Source: Arenicellales bacterium (GTDB lineage: Bacteria; Pseudomonadota; Gammaproteobacteria; Arenicellales; JAJDZL01). Taken from it: a DNA stretch of 64,000 nucleotides. This document shows, one piece after another, positions 1 through 10,372 of this stretch (position 1 is its first letter; every line of letters starts with the position of its first letter). The DNA is taken from positions 2,441,003 to 2,505,002 of the forward strand of contig OZ243928.1 in NCBI GenBank assembly GCA_965213865.1, read 5' to 3'. The translations under genes were made by a program, and so were the position numbers. The notes under the pieces were generated by a model, which saw nothing but the letters and a program-made list of their open reading frames with translations, made no database searches and was not told where the DNA came from.

Positions 1-1915
1 CAATAGGCTCGGCGGTGAACTGCAGCGCAGCGGCTTGCCGGGTCAGTTCGAAAAGAGCCATGACATCCGCCTTGACATCAAAAAAATCAATGCGGCGAGA
101 TTCTAAAGACCACTGCTTCTGACTGAAACGCCCAAATGCGATGCCGCCAATTACAGTCCTCTCCTCATGGGCATCGAAAACATTTCCGATCTCATACAAG
201 CAGATTCTTTCCTGCCGGCGGCGATAATTTTCCATGAAGGCGCCAATCAGGCCCGGCCATAGACTGGTGCGCATCACCGACAGGTTTTCTGCAATTGGAT
301 TCGCAAGCACTCGGGCAGAGGCAGCAGGCTTGACAGCCGCCTGCAGCGCTGGATCAACGAAACTGTAGGTAATGGCTTCATAAAAGCCATGCGCATGCAG
401 AACTGACCGCAACGCATCATGCGATATATGCGATTCGCTGTTTGCAATAGTGCAGTCTGTGCTGCTGCGCAGATGACTTGGAATTTTGTCATAGCCATGG
501 AATCTGGCAATTTCTTCAAGCTGATCATGCTCTTCAAGCAGATCAAAACGTCTGGCTGGCGCCGTGACCCGCCAGCCGTCTTCGATGCGGGTGACTTGCG
601 TGTTGACTGCCTGCAAAATGGATTCGATTTTACTCGGCGGAATGCTCACTCCCAGCACACGCTCAATCCGAGCTTCACGCACAATGCAGCGCTTCGGCTG
701 CAGATAAGGACTGTTCTCAGAGCAGATCTGCTGGATCTGATCCGCTGAACCGCCCGCCACCTGCCGGATCAACTGCACCGCATCATGCATCGCGGCAGAT
801 TGCAGATGCGGGGCGACTCCGCGCTCGAAGCGGTGTGAAGCATCAGTATGAATGCCATATTCTGATACGGTACGGCGAATGGCATCCGGAGTGAAAAACG
901 CAGCTTCCAGGAAAACATTGCATGTATGGCCGCGAATACCGGTGGACTCGCCCCCCATCACCCCGGCAAGTCCAATCGGCTCTGTCGAATCGGCAATCAC
1001 AAGCGTCTCGTCAAGCAATTCCAATTCGACACCGTCAAGCAGTTTCAGGCGCTCGCCCCGGCGCGAGTGGCGGACGATTATGTCCCGGCCGCCTAGCAAA
1101 TCAGCATCGAACGCGTGCATCGGCTGACCGCACTCAAGCATGACATAATTAGTTACATCCACGATCGGGTGGATGCATCGAATCCCAACTCTCTGCAGAC
1201 GGTGCCGCATCCAGTCCGGTGTCTGCGCGTCGCTGCGGATGCCCTCGATCAGGCAGCTGCAGTAGACAGGACAGTCTTCCTCAGCGACAACCTTGACTGC
1301 AGCCGCTTGCGAGCCGGCGGAGACGATTTCAGTGCGGCTGGCAGCTGACTTGAGGTCTGTACCGATCGCCGCCGCAATCTCCCGTGCAACACCTTTGATG
1401 CTGAGGCAGTCTCCGCGGTTCGGTGTCAGATCAATATCCAGAATGTCATCGGGCAGCGCCAAGTGCTCACTTATGGACATTCCAGGCCTAGCTGCATCAT
1501 CCAATGCCAGCAGCTGACCGCTGTCATCGGACACCCCAATTTCAGCGCCAGAGCAGAGCATCCCGGCTGAGGTGATTCCTCGAATATCAGCTTTCTCAAC
1601 AGCTCTGCCGTTTGGAAGCACGCTGCCTGCCAGCGCAATGGGATAGTTTTTGCCGACAGACACATGCGGCGCACCGCAGACAACCTGCAGCGCTTCTCGG
1701 TTCGCACCGGCATCCACCCGGCACAGTTTCAAATTCTGGGAACCAGCAGCTGCCGCGACATCTTGAACGCGTCCGACAACGATATCGGAGCTGCATGCCG
1801 CGAGTGTCGTCACAGACTCGACTTCCAGTCCAAGCATCGTGAGCAAATCGGCCAATGCATGAGCATCGAAATCGAAATCAACCCACTCTTTGAGCCAACG
1901 GGTACTGACTAACAT
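1..1915 (-). CDS. pheT: phenylalanine--tRNA ligase beta subunit, N-terminal 638 codons. The ORF runs off the left edge, so it is missing from the ORF track.
   Basis: The minus-strand frame from ATG 1915-1913 stays open to position 1. No listed minus ORF uses this frame. The translation MLVSTRWLKEWVDFDFD...VVCGAPHV...DLTPNRGDCLSIKGVAREI... looks like PheT. It lies directly downstream of pheS in the conserved operon. Confidence 0.9.
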   Translation of the reverse strand, partial: MLVSTRWLKEWVDFDFDAHALADLLTMLGLEVESVTTLAACSSDIVVGRVQDVAAAAGSQNLKLCRVDAGANREALQVVCGAPHVSVGKNYPIALAGSVLPNGRAVEKADIRGITSAGMLCSGAEIGVSDDSGQLLALDDAARPGMSISEHLALPDDILDIDLTPNRGDCLSIKGVAREIAAAIGTDLKSAASRTEIVSAGSQAAAVKVVAEEDCPVYCSCLIEGIRSDAQTPDWMRHRLQRVGIRCIHPIVDVTNYVMLECGQPMHAFDADLLGGRDIIVRHSRRGERLKLLDGVELELLDETLVIADSTEPIGLAGVMGGESTGIRGHTCNVFLEAAFFTPDAIRRTVSEYGIHTDASHRFERGVAPHLQSAAMHDAVQLIRQVAGGSADQIQQICSENSPYLQPKRCIVREARIERVLGVSIPPSKIESILQAVNTQVTRIEDGWRVTAPARRFDLLEEHDQLEEIARFHGYDKIPSHLRSSTDCTIANSESHISHDALRSVLHAHGFYEAITYSFVDPALQAAVKPAASARVLANPIAENLSVMRTSLWPGLIGAFMENYRRRQERICLYEIGNVFDAHEERTVIGGIAFGRFSQKQWSLESRRIDFFDVKADVMALFELTRQAAALQFTAEPI

Positions 1916-1936
1916 CGAAAACTGCCGGATAATGAC

Positions 1937-2971
1937 TTACTTGAACTGACGGAGCATGTCGATATCGTTTTTGAAAAACAAACGGGTATCGTTGACCCCG
2001 TAGCGCAGCATCGCAAAACGCTCCACCCCCATGCCAAAGGCGTAGCCGGTGAAACGCTCGGCATCGATATCGACATGTGCATAGAGATTTGGGTGTACCA
2101 TGCCGCAGCCTAGCACCTCAAGCCAGCCAGTATGCTTGCAGACATTGCAGCCCGAGCCGCCGCAGAAGACACAGCTGATGTCGACTTCTGCCGAAGGCTC
2201 GGTAAACGGAAAGTAAGAAGGTCGAAACCGCAAGGCCAGATCTGCTTCGAAAAATTCAGCCACAAAATGCTCCAATATTCCCTTAAGATCCGCAAATGTT
2301 GTGGTCTCATCGACGACCAAGCCCTCAACCTGGTGAAACATCGGGGTGTGCGTCACATCCGAATCGCAGCGGTAAACTCGCCCGGGCGCGATCACTCGGA
2401 TGGGAGGCTGATGCGCTTTCATGTAGCGAATCTGAACGGGCGAGGTATGGGTTCGCAGCAGTGTATTGTCAGGCAGATAAAAGGTGTCCTGCATCGCTCT
2501 GGCCGGATGGTTGGCAGGAAAATTCAGCGCCTCAAAGTTATGATAGTCATCTTCGATTTCCGGCCCAAACGCGACATCGAAATGAAGTCGAGAGAAAATT
2601 CCCTGGATTCTTTGCAGGGTGCGCGTAAGCGGATGCGGACCTCCAGTGGGATACTGGCGCGCTGGCAGGGTAACGTCAACGGCGGCCGACTCCAGTGCGG
2701 CCTGCCGGGCAGACTGCTCCAGAATCTGACGCTTGCTCTGAAGCTCCAGACTGATCGTATTTTTGGCTTTTGAAATACGCTGGCCGGCGGCCGGCCGATC
2801 GGCCGGCTCCATTGAGCCGATTGATTTCAGCGCGGCGGTGATAAAGCCTTTTTTGCCCAGGCTCTCGACACGCAACTGCTCCAGCTCAGCTGCCGATTGT
2901 GAGGCGCGAATCTGTGCGGTAATTCGCTCCACACAGGCTGCCAGCTCAGAACAAGCCTCCTGTGCAGGCAT
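1937..2971 (-). CDS. pheS: phenylalanine--tRNA ligase alpha subunit
   Basis: 344-aa ORF with class II aaRS motifs ([39 protein letters not shown]). Operon context supports the call. Confidence 0.96.
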   Translation of the reverse strand: MPAQEACSELAACVERITAQIRASQSAAELEQLRVESLGKKGFITAALKSIGSMEPADRPAAGQRISKAKNTISLELQSKRQILEQSARQAALESAAVDVTLPARQYPTGGPHPLTRTLQRIQGIFSRLHFDVAFGPEIEDDYHNFEALNFPANHPARAMQDTFYLPDNTLLRTHTSPVQIRYMKAHQPPIRVIAPGRVYRCDSDVTHTPMFHQVEGLVVDETTTFADLKGILEHFVAEFFEADLALRFRPSYFPFTEPSAEVDISCVFCGGSGCNVCKHTGWLEVLGCGMVHPNLYAHVDIDAERFTGYAFGMGVERFAMLRYGVNDTRLFFKNDIDMLRQFK

Positions 2972-3039
2972 TATTCTGAAACTGCGGTGATGCTGATTGG
3001 AAAGCGCCAGCCATCAAGCATTGAGCAAACTCCTTAGGG

Positions 3040-3399
3040 TCAGCTGTTCAATCCTTGCTTGGCTTTTTCTGCGAGGAGCGAAAAAGTGGCGCTGTCGTGA
3101 ACGGCAATGGATGCCAGAGATTTGCGGTCCAGGTTGATTTGCGCTTTTTTCAGTCCATTCATAAAGTTGCTGTAGGACAGGCCGCACTCACGCGCGGCTG
3201 CATTGATCCGCACAATCCACAGGGATCGGAAATCGCGTTTCTTTCGGCGCCGGTCTCGATAGGCGTACTGGCCGGCCTTGGTCACCGCCTGCTTGGCAAC
3301 CCGATAAACACTGTTGCGTGAGCCGCGGTAGCCTTTGGCCTGCTTTAGAACTTTTTTATGTCTTGATCGTGCAGCGACACTGCGTTTTGCCCTTGGCAT
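3040..3399 (-). CDS. rplT: 50S ribosomal protein L20
   Basis: 119 aa, [26 protein letters not shown]... is a typical L20. It follows rpmI. Confidence 0.97.
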   Translation of the reverse strand: MPRAKRSVAARSRHKKVLKQAKGYRGSRNSVYRVAKQAVTKAGQYAYRDRRRKKRDFRSLWIVRINAAARECGLSYSNFMNGLKKAQINLDRKSLASIAVHDSATFSLLAEKAKQGLNS

Positions 3400-3414
3400 C
3401 TTGATTCCTCAAAT

Positions 3415-3612
3415 TTAGCTGTACGGGAGCATGCGGCGCATATGGACATTGTCAGCGGCATGCACCAGCGTGCCTTTGCGCAGGTTGCGCTTGCGTTTTG
3501 TCGACTTCTTGGTCAATATATGGGAGGCGTGCGAATGGCTGCGCTTGAATTTGCCTGAGGCAGTTTTGCGAAAGCGTTTCGCCGCGCCTTTATTAGTTTT
3601 CATTTTCGGCAT
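3415..3612 (-). CDS. rpmI: 50S ribosomal protein L35
   Basis: 65 aa, [24 protein letters not shown]... is a typical L35. Confidence 0.97.
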   Translation of the reverse strand: MPKMKTNKGAAKRFRKTASGKFKRSHSHASHILTKKSTKRKRNLRKGTLVHAADNVHMRRMLPYS

Positions 3613-3653
3613 TGGAATAACCCTGAATACTTGGTAAATCTATGCTGCAGCAG

Positions 3654-4148
3654 CTAGGTTCTACTCGGCGCCAGCAGCATAATCATCTGCCGCCCTTCCA
3701 TCGAGGGCGGCTGCTCCACAACTGAAATATCAGCCAAGTCCTGTTGAACCCGATTCAACATTTCCAGTCCCAGCGTCGCATGAGTGACCTCGCGCCCTCG
3801 AAACCGCATCGTGACCTTGGTCTTGTTGCCCGCTTTGAGAAACTTTTCCAGTCGAGAAAGCTTCACGTCATAGTCGCCGACATCAGTTCCCGGACGGAAC
3901 TTGATTTCCTTGATCACGATCTGCTTTTGCTTGCGCTTCGCATCATGCTGCTTTTTGCTGGCAGCATAGCGAAATTTGCCGTAGTCCATGACCCGACAAA
4001 CCGGCGGATTCGCCACAGGTGCAATCTCCACTAGATCTAAATCCTGCTCAGCGGCGTAGCGCAGCGCTTCATCCAGTGAAACAACCCCTACCTGCTCCCC
4101 ATCCTCGCCAATCAAGCGAACTGAGTCTACGGTAATTTGGGTGTTGAT
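3654..4148 (-). CDS. infC: translation initiation factor IF-3. The 5' end is uncertain and a non-canonical start is likely.
   Basis: The track ORF (3654..4115, TTG) begins at LIGEDGEQVGVVSLDEAL. The conserved RINxxI..VRL motif (YRINTQITVDSVRL) continues in frame upstream with no ATG/GTG/TTG. ATC 4148-4146 is used as a provisional start. AGGAGA lies at 4184-4179. Confidence 0.9.
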   Translation of the reverse strand: MNTQITVDSVRLIGEDGEQVGVVSLDEALRYAAEQDLDLVEIAPVANPPVCRVMDYGKFRYAASKKQHDAKRKQKQIVIKEIKFRPGTDVGDYDVKLSRLEKFLKAGNKTKVTMRFRGREVTHATLGLEMLNRVQQDLADISVVEQPPSMEGRQMIMLLAPSRT

Positions 4149-4223
4149 TCGGTATTGTTTGTCAGCAACCGTAGCTTTTCTCCTAAATTCATTTGTTTTC
4201 TCAGGGGATCTGCACTCATCTGC

Positions 4224-6131
4224 CTAATGCTTTGTCGCACAGGCATTCTGGATGAGCGCCGTAATCTGCTCACAGGTGAAGGTTCCCAAGTCCTTTCCAG
4301 CCTGCGACCTGACCGAGAGGGTCTCAGACTCTACCTCCCGATCTCCAATGACAATCAGATACGGGATTCTCTGCAGCGTCTGCTCGCGGATCTTAAAACC
4401 GATTTTTTCGTTGCGATTATCAAGCAGAGCTCGCAACCCTGATTGTCGCAATAAACCGCATATTTTACTTGAATATTCTTCCTGCGCTTCGGAAATATTC
4501 ATAACGACCGCCTGCACCGGCGCCAGCCATACGGGAAATTTGCCGGCGTACTGCTCAATCAGGATGCCGACAAACCGCTCAAGCGAGCCCAGAATTGCCC
4601 GATGAATCATGACGGGCGTTTTTTTCGAGCCATCTGCATCGACATATTGGGCATCCAGTCGGCCCGGCATTGAAAAGTCAAGCTGAATGGTGCCGCACTG
4701 CCATTTGCGGCCGATGCAGTCATTGAGGATGAAATCAATCTTCGGGCCGTAAAAGGCTCCATCCCCCTCATTGAGGGTGAATTCCATCTGTCTTTGCTCC
4801 AAGACCGTGCGCAGCGCCGACTCAGCGCGATCCCAGAGATCATCGCTGCCGACTCGCTTTGCCGGGCGGGTTGACAGCGCCACCGCGATATCGCTGAAGC
4901 CGAAATCCGCATAAAGCTTCAGCGCAAATTCAATCAGCACCTCAACTTCATCCTGAATTTGGTCAGGCGTGCAGAAAACATGCGCATCGTCCTGGGTAAA
5001 GCGGCGTACCCGCATCAGGCCATGCAGTGTTCCGGACGGCTCATAGCGATGGACGACCCCAAATTCTGCAATGCGAAACGGCAGATCTCGATAGCTGCGC
5101 AGACCTTGATTGAAAACCTGCACATGCCCCGGGCAGTTCATTGGCTTCAGCGCATAGGCGCGCTTCTCAATCTCGGTGGTGAACATGTTTTCCTGGAACG
5201 TTTCCCAGTGCCCTGACTTTTCCCACAGGCTTCGATCCATCAGCTGCGGCGTATGCACTTCCACGTAGTCATATGCAGCCAGCAGATCCCGCATATAGGA
5301 CTCAACCAGCCGAAACAGTGTCCAGCCTTTCTCATGCCAAAACACCATGCCCGGCGCCTCATCCTGAAAGTGGAACAGATCCAGCTCAGCGCCAAGCTTC
5401 CGGTGATCGCGCAGTTTGGCCTGTTCCAGGCGCTCCAGGTATTCGTCGAGCTCAGCTTTGGTATTCCAGGCAGTGCCGTAGATCCGCTGCAGCATCTCAT
5501 TGCTGGAATCGCCCCGCCAGTATGCACCCGCGACCTTGGTCAGCTTGAAAGCGCGCAGAAAGCCGGTATGCGGCACATGCGGTCCGCGGCAAAGATCAAC
5601 AAAATCACCCTGCTGGTAGAGAGATATCACCTCATCTTGCGGCAGCTCCCCGATGATTTGAGCTTTGTATTCCTCGCCTGTCTTCCGGAACATCTCAACG
5701 GCCTGCTCTCTGGACACCACGCTTCTCGTGACAGCCAGTTTCTCGCCTGCCAGCTGTTTCATGCGCTTTTCAATCGCAGCCAAATCCTCTTCGCTAAATC
5801 CGCGGTGATAGGCAAAGTCATAATAGAATCCGTCTTCAATGACCGGTCCAATCGTGACTTGCGCCTCGGGATACAGCTGCTTGACGGCGTGCGCCAGCAA
5901 GTGCGCCGTCGAATGCCGAATAATCTCCAGTCCATCAGCATCGCTGCCCGTAATGATTTTCAGCGCACCGTCGCTTTCAATTTCAAACGAGGTGTCCAGC
6001 AGCATGCCATTGAATTCCCCGGCAATAGCTGCGCGCTGCAGTCCGACTCCGATATCGGCAACAACCGCATCTATATTGACGGCGGACGGGAAGCTCCTCG
6101 AGCTGCCATCTGGCAATGAAACAGTAGGCAT
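4224..6131 (-). CDS. thrS: threonine--tRNA ligase
   Basis: 635 aa with a TGS/editing/class II core/anticodon-binding layout ([33 protein letters not shown]). Confidence 0.97.
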   Translation of the reverse strand: MPTVSLPDGSSRSFPSAVNIDAVVADIGVGLQRAAIAGEFNGMLLDTSFEIESDGALKIITGSDADGLEIIRHSTAHLLAHAVKQLYPEAQVTIGPVIEDGFYYDFAYHRGFSEEDLAAIEKRMKQLAGEKLAVTRSVVSREQAVEMFRKTGEEYKAQIIGELPQDEVISLYQQGDFVDLCRGPHVPHTGFLRAFKLTKVAGAYWRGDSSNEMLQRIYGTAWNTKAELDEYLERLEQAKLRDHRKLGAELDLFHFQDEAPGMVFWHEKGWTLFRLVESYMRDLLAAYDYVEVHTPQLMDRSLWEKSGHWETFQENMFTTEIEKRAYALKPMNCPGHVQVFNQGLRSYRDLPFRIAEFGVVHRYEPSGTLHGLMRVRRFTQDDAHVFCTPDQIQDEVEVLIEFALKLYADFGFSDIAVALSTRPAKRVGSDDLWDRAESALRTVLEQRQMEFTLNEGDGAFYGPKIDFILNDCIGRKWQCGTIQLDFSMPGRLDAQYVDADGSKKTPVMIHRAILGSLERFVGILIEQYAGKFPVWLAPVQAVVMNISEAQEEYSSKICGLLRQSGLRALLDNRNEKIGFKIREQTLQRIPYLIVIGDREVESETLSVRSQAGKDLGTFTCEQITALIQNACATKH

Positions 6132-6352
6132 TCAGATTTTGTGAGGTTTCAGCTTTAATTCGGCATGAAGGCATCCGGGCCTTCAATTCTCAACTCAAAT
6201 TATAAAACAGCGGCTCAAAATTCTTCCGATCCGCCAGGCATCGGTGCCGAGCCTATGCCAGGCGATCATGCGCGATACAAGGATCGAAGCGCAGCCGACG
6301 CTGTCATTGGTTTCGCAAGCACGGGCTGCTATCTGTCGAAATTCCTTTGAAC

Positions 6353-6427
6353 TGGTGGGCGCACCTGGATTTGAACCAGGGACCTCTTGCATGTCAAGCA
6401 AGTGCTCTCCCCCTGAGCTATGCGCCC
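6353..6427 (-). tRNA. tRNA-Val (anticodon GAC), CCA encoded
   Basis: The reverse complement is GGGCGCATAGCTCAGGGGGAGAGCACTTGCTTGACATGCAAGAGGTCCCTGGTTCAAATCCAGGTGCGCCCACCA. It folds as a cloverleaf with a 7-bp acceptor stem, GCTC/GAGC D stem, CTTGC/GCAAG anticodon stem with loop TTGACAT, and CCTGG/CCAGG T stem with loop TTCAAAT. Confidence 0.93.
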
Positions 6428-7389
6428 CGATCACTGTTCATAGATGGCTGGAAATCAAAGCCGGCGCTGCCAGTAAATTTGAGCGGGGAAATATATCACA
6501 AACAGCGCTATAAACCTTATCGATTTTCTATCTTGGTCGGAAAATCAGAATCAAGGTTTCAGCAAAATCTCCGCTGAAGTTTCTGTTTTGCCGCTGGCAT
6601 TCAGCAATCAAATCGCGGGCGTGAGCTGCGTGACGCACATCGGTATTCAAGAACAGCGCTGAAGAAAACTCGTCAAGCATTTCTCAATGGATAATAGGCT
6701 CCGGGCTCATTTATCGCGGCGTTCCACAAATGCCAGGGCAATTAGGACGCTGCTCGTCATGGAATTTCAAAAATCTTTAGAGATCAGCTGCAGAGGCGTC
6801 CAAGAATGATTACTGCATCCAAGGCTTTTCAATTGATCGGCCGGCAGATACGCTGAATCTCAGCCGGAGCGAAACAGCCTGCTTTCACCTCGTGTCTTCA
6901 GGCAGCAGACTCGTTGCGATTTTCCTCAGTTTCAATTCGATGCCCTTCCATGCTTTTTCAGATAGAGCACAACCGCTAATATCATAGTTTTGGCTGAAAT
7001 TCTCAACATATCTTCGGATTTGGAGAATGAATGGCAAATGATAAGCATCTCCCCCAGCCGTGATATTCATCACGAGCCGCTGTCTCAATCCCGTTTTTGA
7101 TGACATTCGATTGCTAGGCAATTGGATCGCATTGCACTGGATTCCTCGCTGTTCCTGCACGCTGCGGCATCAGTATCAGAAGCCCCCCGTATTGGACGGG
7201 GCGACGTGATCGACAGGGGATTTACTGCCGTCTTGAAGACGAATTGCAGAACCGCTCGCTGATTCAGTTTCAAAAGCGGCTGTGCAAGTCGCAAGACACC
7301 TGCTCGCCGCGGAGTGTGACTATCCGGCACCCATGTTGGATTCAGGTCAATTTTTTAGGTTGACTGCTTGTCTGTTCCTGACCCAAGGC

Positions 7390-10344
7390 CTAGAATTTGA
7401 TGCCGAGCTTGATACTCCCAGCATGCTGCTTATCACCCGTTCCGAGTCCAGTTGTCGAAAGCGCCGCTTCCAGTGAAAAACGATCCCAGAGATACGCCCC
7501 GCCCAGGCCTAGCATCGGGCGTGTTTTGTCCGATTGGGCAGAGAGCCCCTCTTTCGAAACCTTGACACTCGTCCGAGCGCCGCTCAGGGTCCGCTCCACG
7601 CCCAGCGAGCTGCGCAGGGATAGTTTTCCGTTTCCTGTGGCGCGTACAGTCTCTGCTGTTATCCCCAGCCCGCCCGTGGAGCGGGAGCGATCAACTCGGA
7701 AGATGCGAGCATTCACTGAATCGGTGAAGGCGTCCATGTCCAAGGTCGAGCGACTGACCCGGGCAAACGGTGTCAGCCTTGTCTTCTCGCTCAGCTCAAT
7801 GTGCTTGCCGATTTCAAGTCCTAGGGAAGTGGCCTGTGCGTCGCTGTCCGTCTTCAGCCGGCCGAGTGCGCTTGATGCGGTGTTCAAGGTATAGTCTGTC
7901 AGCGAGAGACGGCCTCTGGCATACCAGGCATCCGGCAAGGCTGCGGCAACGCCGAACGCCACTCCGAATCCTTTGGCCTCAATCTTTCCGCCGCCAGTGG
8001 AAGCTGTCACATCCGCCGATCCCCGGACACTGCGTACTGATACGGAGCCTGTGGCATTCTCGCTGAGCGGGATGTCGATTCCAGCTTCCACGGAGTATCG
8101 CTTGAAATCGAATTCAGCGCCGACGCTCGCGCGATCCGGTGTGTAGGATCCCTTGCCGCCGGCGACGCGCACCCAAGCCGGCGAGCCCATCCAGGCGATT
8201 CGGTCAGCCTCTGCAGCTGCACCGAGCCCAAGCAGGAACCCCGGCAGCGCCTCGTAGACAGCGGCGCGCGGGGCATACTCCTCAATCATATCCATCACCG
8301 AAAAATCCCGGTCAGCGATGATGCCGGCGACCGGATCTGTAATTGCCCATGAGCCATCGTCGTTGCGACCGGTCACATTCACGCCTTCGGCCCTGATTCT
8401 GACGTTTCGCGCCCCGTTGGGAACCAAAAGGCCGGTGACACCTGTATCGGCATCGTGCAGCTTCATGCCATTGATGTAGATGGTCGTCCCGCCGCCATCG
8501 TTGACGATCCAGTTGTCCCCGAGGACCTCGGCAAGCCGGCGGCCGGCAAGATTCACGTCGACACGCAGCCTGGGTTTGACAGACTGGATGTTGTTAGGGT
8601 TGGGATCAGGCGGCAGAACATCGCCGGTCGCCAAAATCGCGATGCCGGAGGCCGCGCCTACGCTCCCCTTTGACCCGATGACGACGCGTCCGCCGCCCGC
8701 GAGATAGATTCCTGCCGCGTCCGTACCCGAGCCGCCATCAACTCGTCCGTTCACGATCACCGTCTGTTGGCGCAGGCCTGCTGAATCCAACGCAGCGGAG
8801 CCAACCACAGATCTACCTGCAGAAACACTGCCGATCCGCACACCGCTTGCACCCGCCCCGCGCGCCTCGACACTGCCGCTTATTAAGCTGACCTCGATAC
8901 GTCGTGCGGGCGCTGAGCCGGAATGATAGACCCGGATGCCGTGAGAGCCGGCCCCCGAAGTCTCGATCGAACCGTCCTGCATGTCGATGACAATGTTTCC
9001 GCTGCCTTGGTGCAAACCGTAAACGGCATGGGAACTGGTCCCTGAGGTCTTGATCGAACTGCTTCGCATATTGATTGTCAGGGACCCTGTGTTGGAATTT
9101 TTCTGTTGCCATCCGAGAATGCCGTGAGAGCCGGCCCCCGAAGTCTCGATCGAACCGTCCTGCATGCCGATGGCAATGTTTCCGCTGCCCCGGTGGAACG
9201 TAAAAATGCTGTGCGAATCTCTGCCTGCGGTCTTGATTGAGCCGCCCTGCACCTTGATGTCGATATTGCCTGTGGTTGCAGCGTCTCTAATCCACCCCCA
9301 GATGCCATGGGCTCTTCGGTCATCTGCTGCACTTTCGGTGGCGATATCGGTGTTGCGGACATCAATCTCGATACTGCCCGATCCTTTTGTGTAATCTCCA
9401 AAAATGCCAGAGGTATTCGGGCCCTTTGTTAAAATCGAGGTGTCGCGGACATCAATCTTGATCTTGCCATCACCCTCATGTCTTCCGCTAATGCCGTCCG
9501 CCAAGCGTTTCTCTGTCGCTATATTTGCGTTGTGGACAGTAATCCCAACAGTTCCGTCACCTTGGTGCTGACCGAAAATGCCGTGCGACAAGCTGCCCGC
9601 GGTCTTGATCGAGCCGCCCTGCACCTTGATGTCGATATTGCCAGTAATTGCTGGTCTAATCCGTCCCCAGATACCATGGGCCGCTGTTGGAATTGGTCTT
9701 CCCCTATTAAGTGGCTCTGCCGTACTTTCGGTAGTGATATCGGTGTTGCGGACATCAATCTCGATATCGCCCGATCCGTCTGATTTATATCCAAAAATGC
9801 CAACGGCATCCTTGTCCTTTGTCAAAATCGAGGTGTTGCGGACATCAATCTTGATCTTGCCGACCTTGTCGTGTCTTGCGTTAACGCCGTATGATGCCCT
9901 GCTGTGCGTCGTTATATCCGCGTTGCGGATATTCATCTCAACAGCCCCGTTCCCTCGGTGCCAACCGAAAATGCCAGCGGTTCCCTCGTCTCCCTGCCCA
10001 TCGCCCATTACCACAATCTTGGTGTCGCGGACATCCATCTTGATCTTGCCGACATTCTCGTGTTTTGCAATAACGCCGTGCGAGTTTTTGCCGTCTGTCG
10101 CTATATTCGCGTTGCGGACAGTAATCTCGTTGTTTCCGGTCCCTTTGTGAAGACCGTAGATTCCGGGCTTCCGATCCCCGGTCATAGTTGTGTCTATGGT
10201 GACGCAGTTAGCCTTGCTCTCGATATTCGAAGCATCGCTCTTCATGTCCAGGATCGGATCCACGACGGGAGGCGGATCGCTGCAAACTGGCGTGGCCTGC
10301 ACATCGACCATATTGCCTAGAGCAAGACTCCCCAGCAGAACCAA
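7390..10344 (-). CDS. type Va autotransporter: repetitive passenger domain plus C-terminal beta-barrel. The 5' end is out of frame with its likely start (see G10 tract).
   Basis: 984-aa ORF. The passenger has reiterated modules (IEIDVRNTDI.TES, GNIDIKVQGGSIKTAG, GSGNI.I.MQDGSIETSGAGSHGI). The C-terminal ~280 aa have alternating beta-barrel character and end ...GSIKLGIKF with a terminal aromatic. The ORF opens at TTG in the middle of a signal-peptide h-region. Confidence 0.8.
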   Translation of the reverse strand: MVLLGSLALGNMVDVQATPVCSDPPPVVDPILDMKSDASNIESKANCVTIDTTMTGDRKPGIYGLHKGTGNNEITVRNANIATDGKNSHGVIAKHENVGKIKMDVRDTKIVVMGDGQGDEGTAGIFGWHRGNGAVEMNIRNADITTHSRASYGVNARHDKVGKIKIDVRNTSILTKDKDAVGIFGYKSDGSGDIEIDVRNTDITTESTAEPLNRGRPIPTAAHGIWGRIRPAITGNIDIKVQGGSIKTAGSLSHGIFGQHQGDGTVGITVHNANIATEKRLADGISGRHEGDGKIKIDVRDTSILTKGPNTSGIFGDYTKGSGSIEIDVRNTDIATESAADDRRAHGIWGWIRDAATTGNIDIKVQGGSIKTAGRDSHSIFTFHRGSGNIAIGMQDGSIETSGAGSHGILGWQQKNSNTGSLTINMRSSSIKTSGTSSHAVYGLHQGSGNIVIDMQDGSIETSGAGSHGIRVYHSGSAPARRIEVSLISGSVEARGAGASGVRIGSVSAGRSVVGSAALDSAGLRQQTVIVNGRVDGGSGTDAAGIYLAGGGRVVIGSKGSVGAASGIAILATGDVLPPDPNPNNIQSVKPRLRVDVNLAGRRLAEVLGDNWIVNDGGGTTIYINGMKLHDADTGVTGLLVPNGARNVRIRAEGVNVTGRNDDGSWAITDPVAGIIADRDFSVMDMIEEYAPRAAVYEALPGFLLGLGAAAEADRIAWMGSPAWVRVAGGKGSYTPDRASVGAEFDFKRYSVEAGIDIPLSENATGSVSVRSVRGSADVTASTGGGKIEAKGFGVAFGVAAALPDAWYARGRLSLTDYTLNTASSALGRLKTDSDAQATSLGLEIGKHIELSEKTRLTPFARVSRSTLDMDAFTDSVNARIFRVDRSRSTGGLGITAETVRATGNGKLSLRSSLGVERTLSGARTSVKVSKEGLSAQSDKTRPMLGLGGAYLWDRFSLEAALSTTGLGTGDKQHAGSIKLGIKF

Positions 10345-10362
10345 GGCAGAAATTCGGCGGGA

Positions 10363-10372
10363 GGGGGGGGGG
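10363..10372. repeat. G10 (C10 on the coding strand) homopolymer inside the 5' coding region of the autotransporter
   Basis: Read directly: ...cggcggg a gggggggggg a gtcagcat. It lies between ATG 10381 and the TTG at 10344. Confidence 0.95.

Noticed and set aside
6428-7389. ORFs 6885..7160 (91 aa) and 7085..7330 (81 aa) downstream of the autotransporter, plus a CCCCGT-attgg-ACGGGG hairpin at about 7185-7201.
   Set aside because: I recognised no family motifs, the two ORFs overlap in different frames, and the hairpin has no T-run on either strand. This is probably decayed or non-coding DNA, so I did not call features.
10363-10372. The possibility that the G10 tract (and the one at 63968-63977) is only a sequencing or assembly artefact.
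   Set aside because: This is not fully rejected and is kept as the main alternative in the finding. It seems less likely for 10363 because the tract is internal, the corrected frame yields a complete signal peptide, and other homopolymer-containing housekeeping genes are intact. The tract at 63968 is more suspect because it sits in sequence of unclear origin near the window edge.
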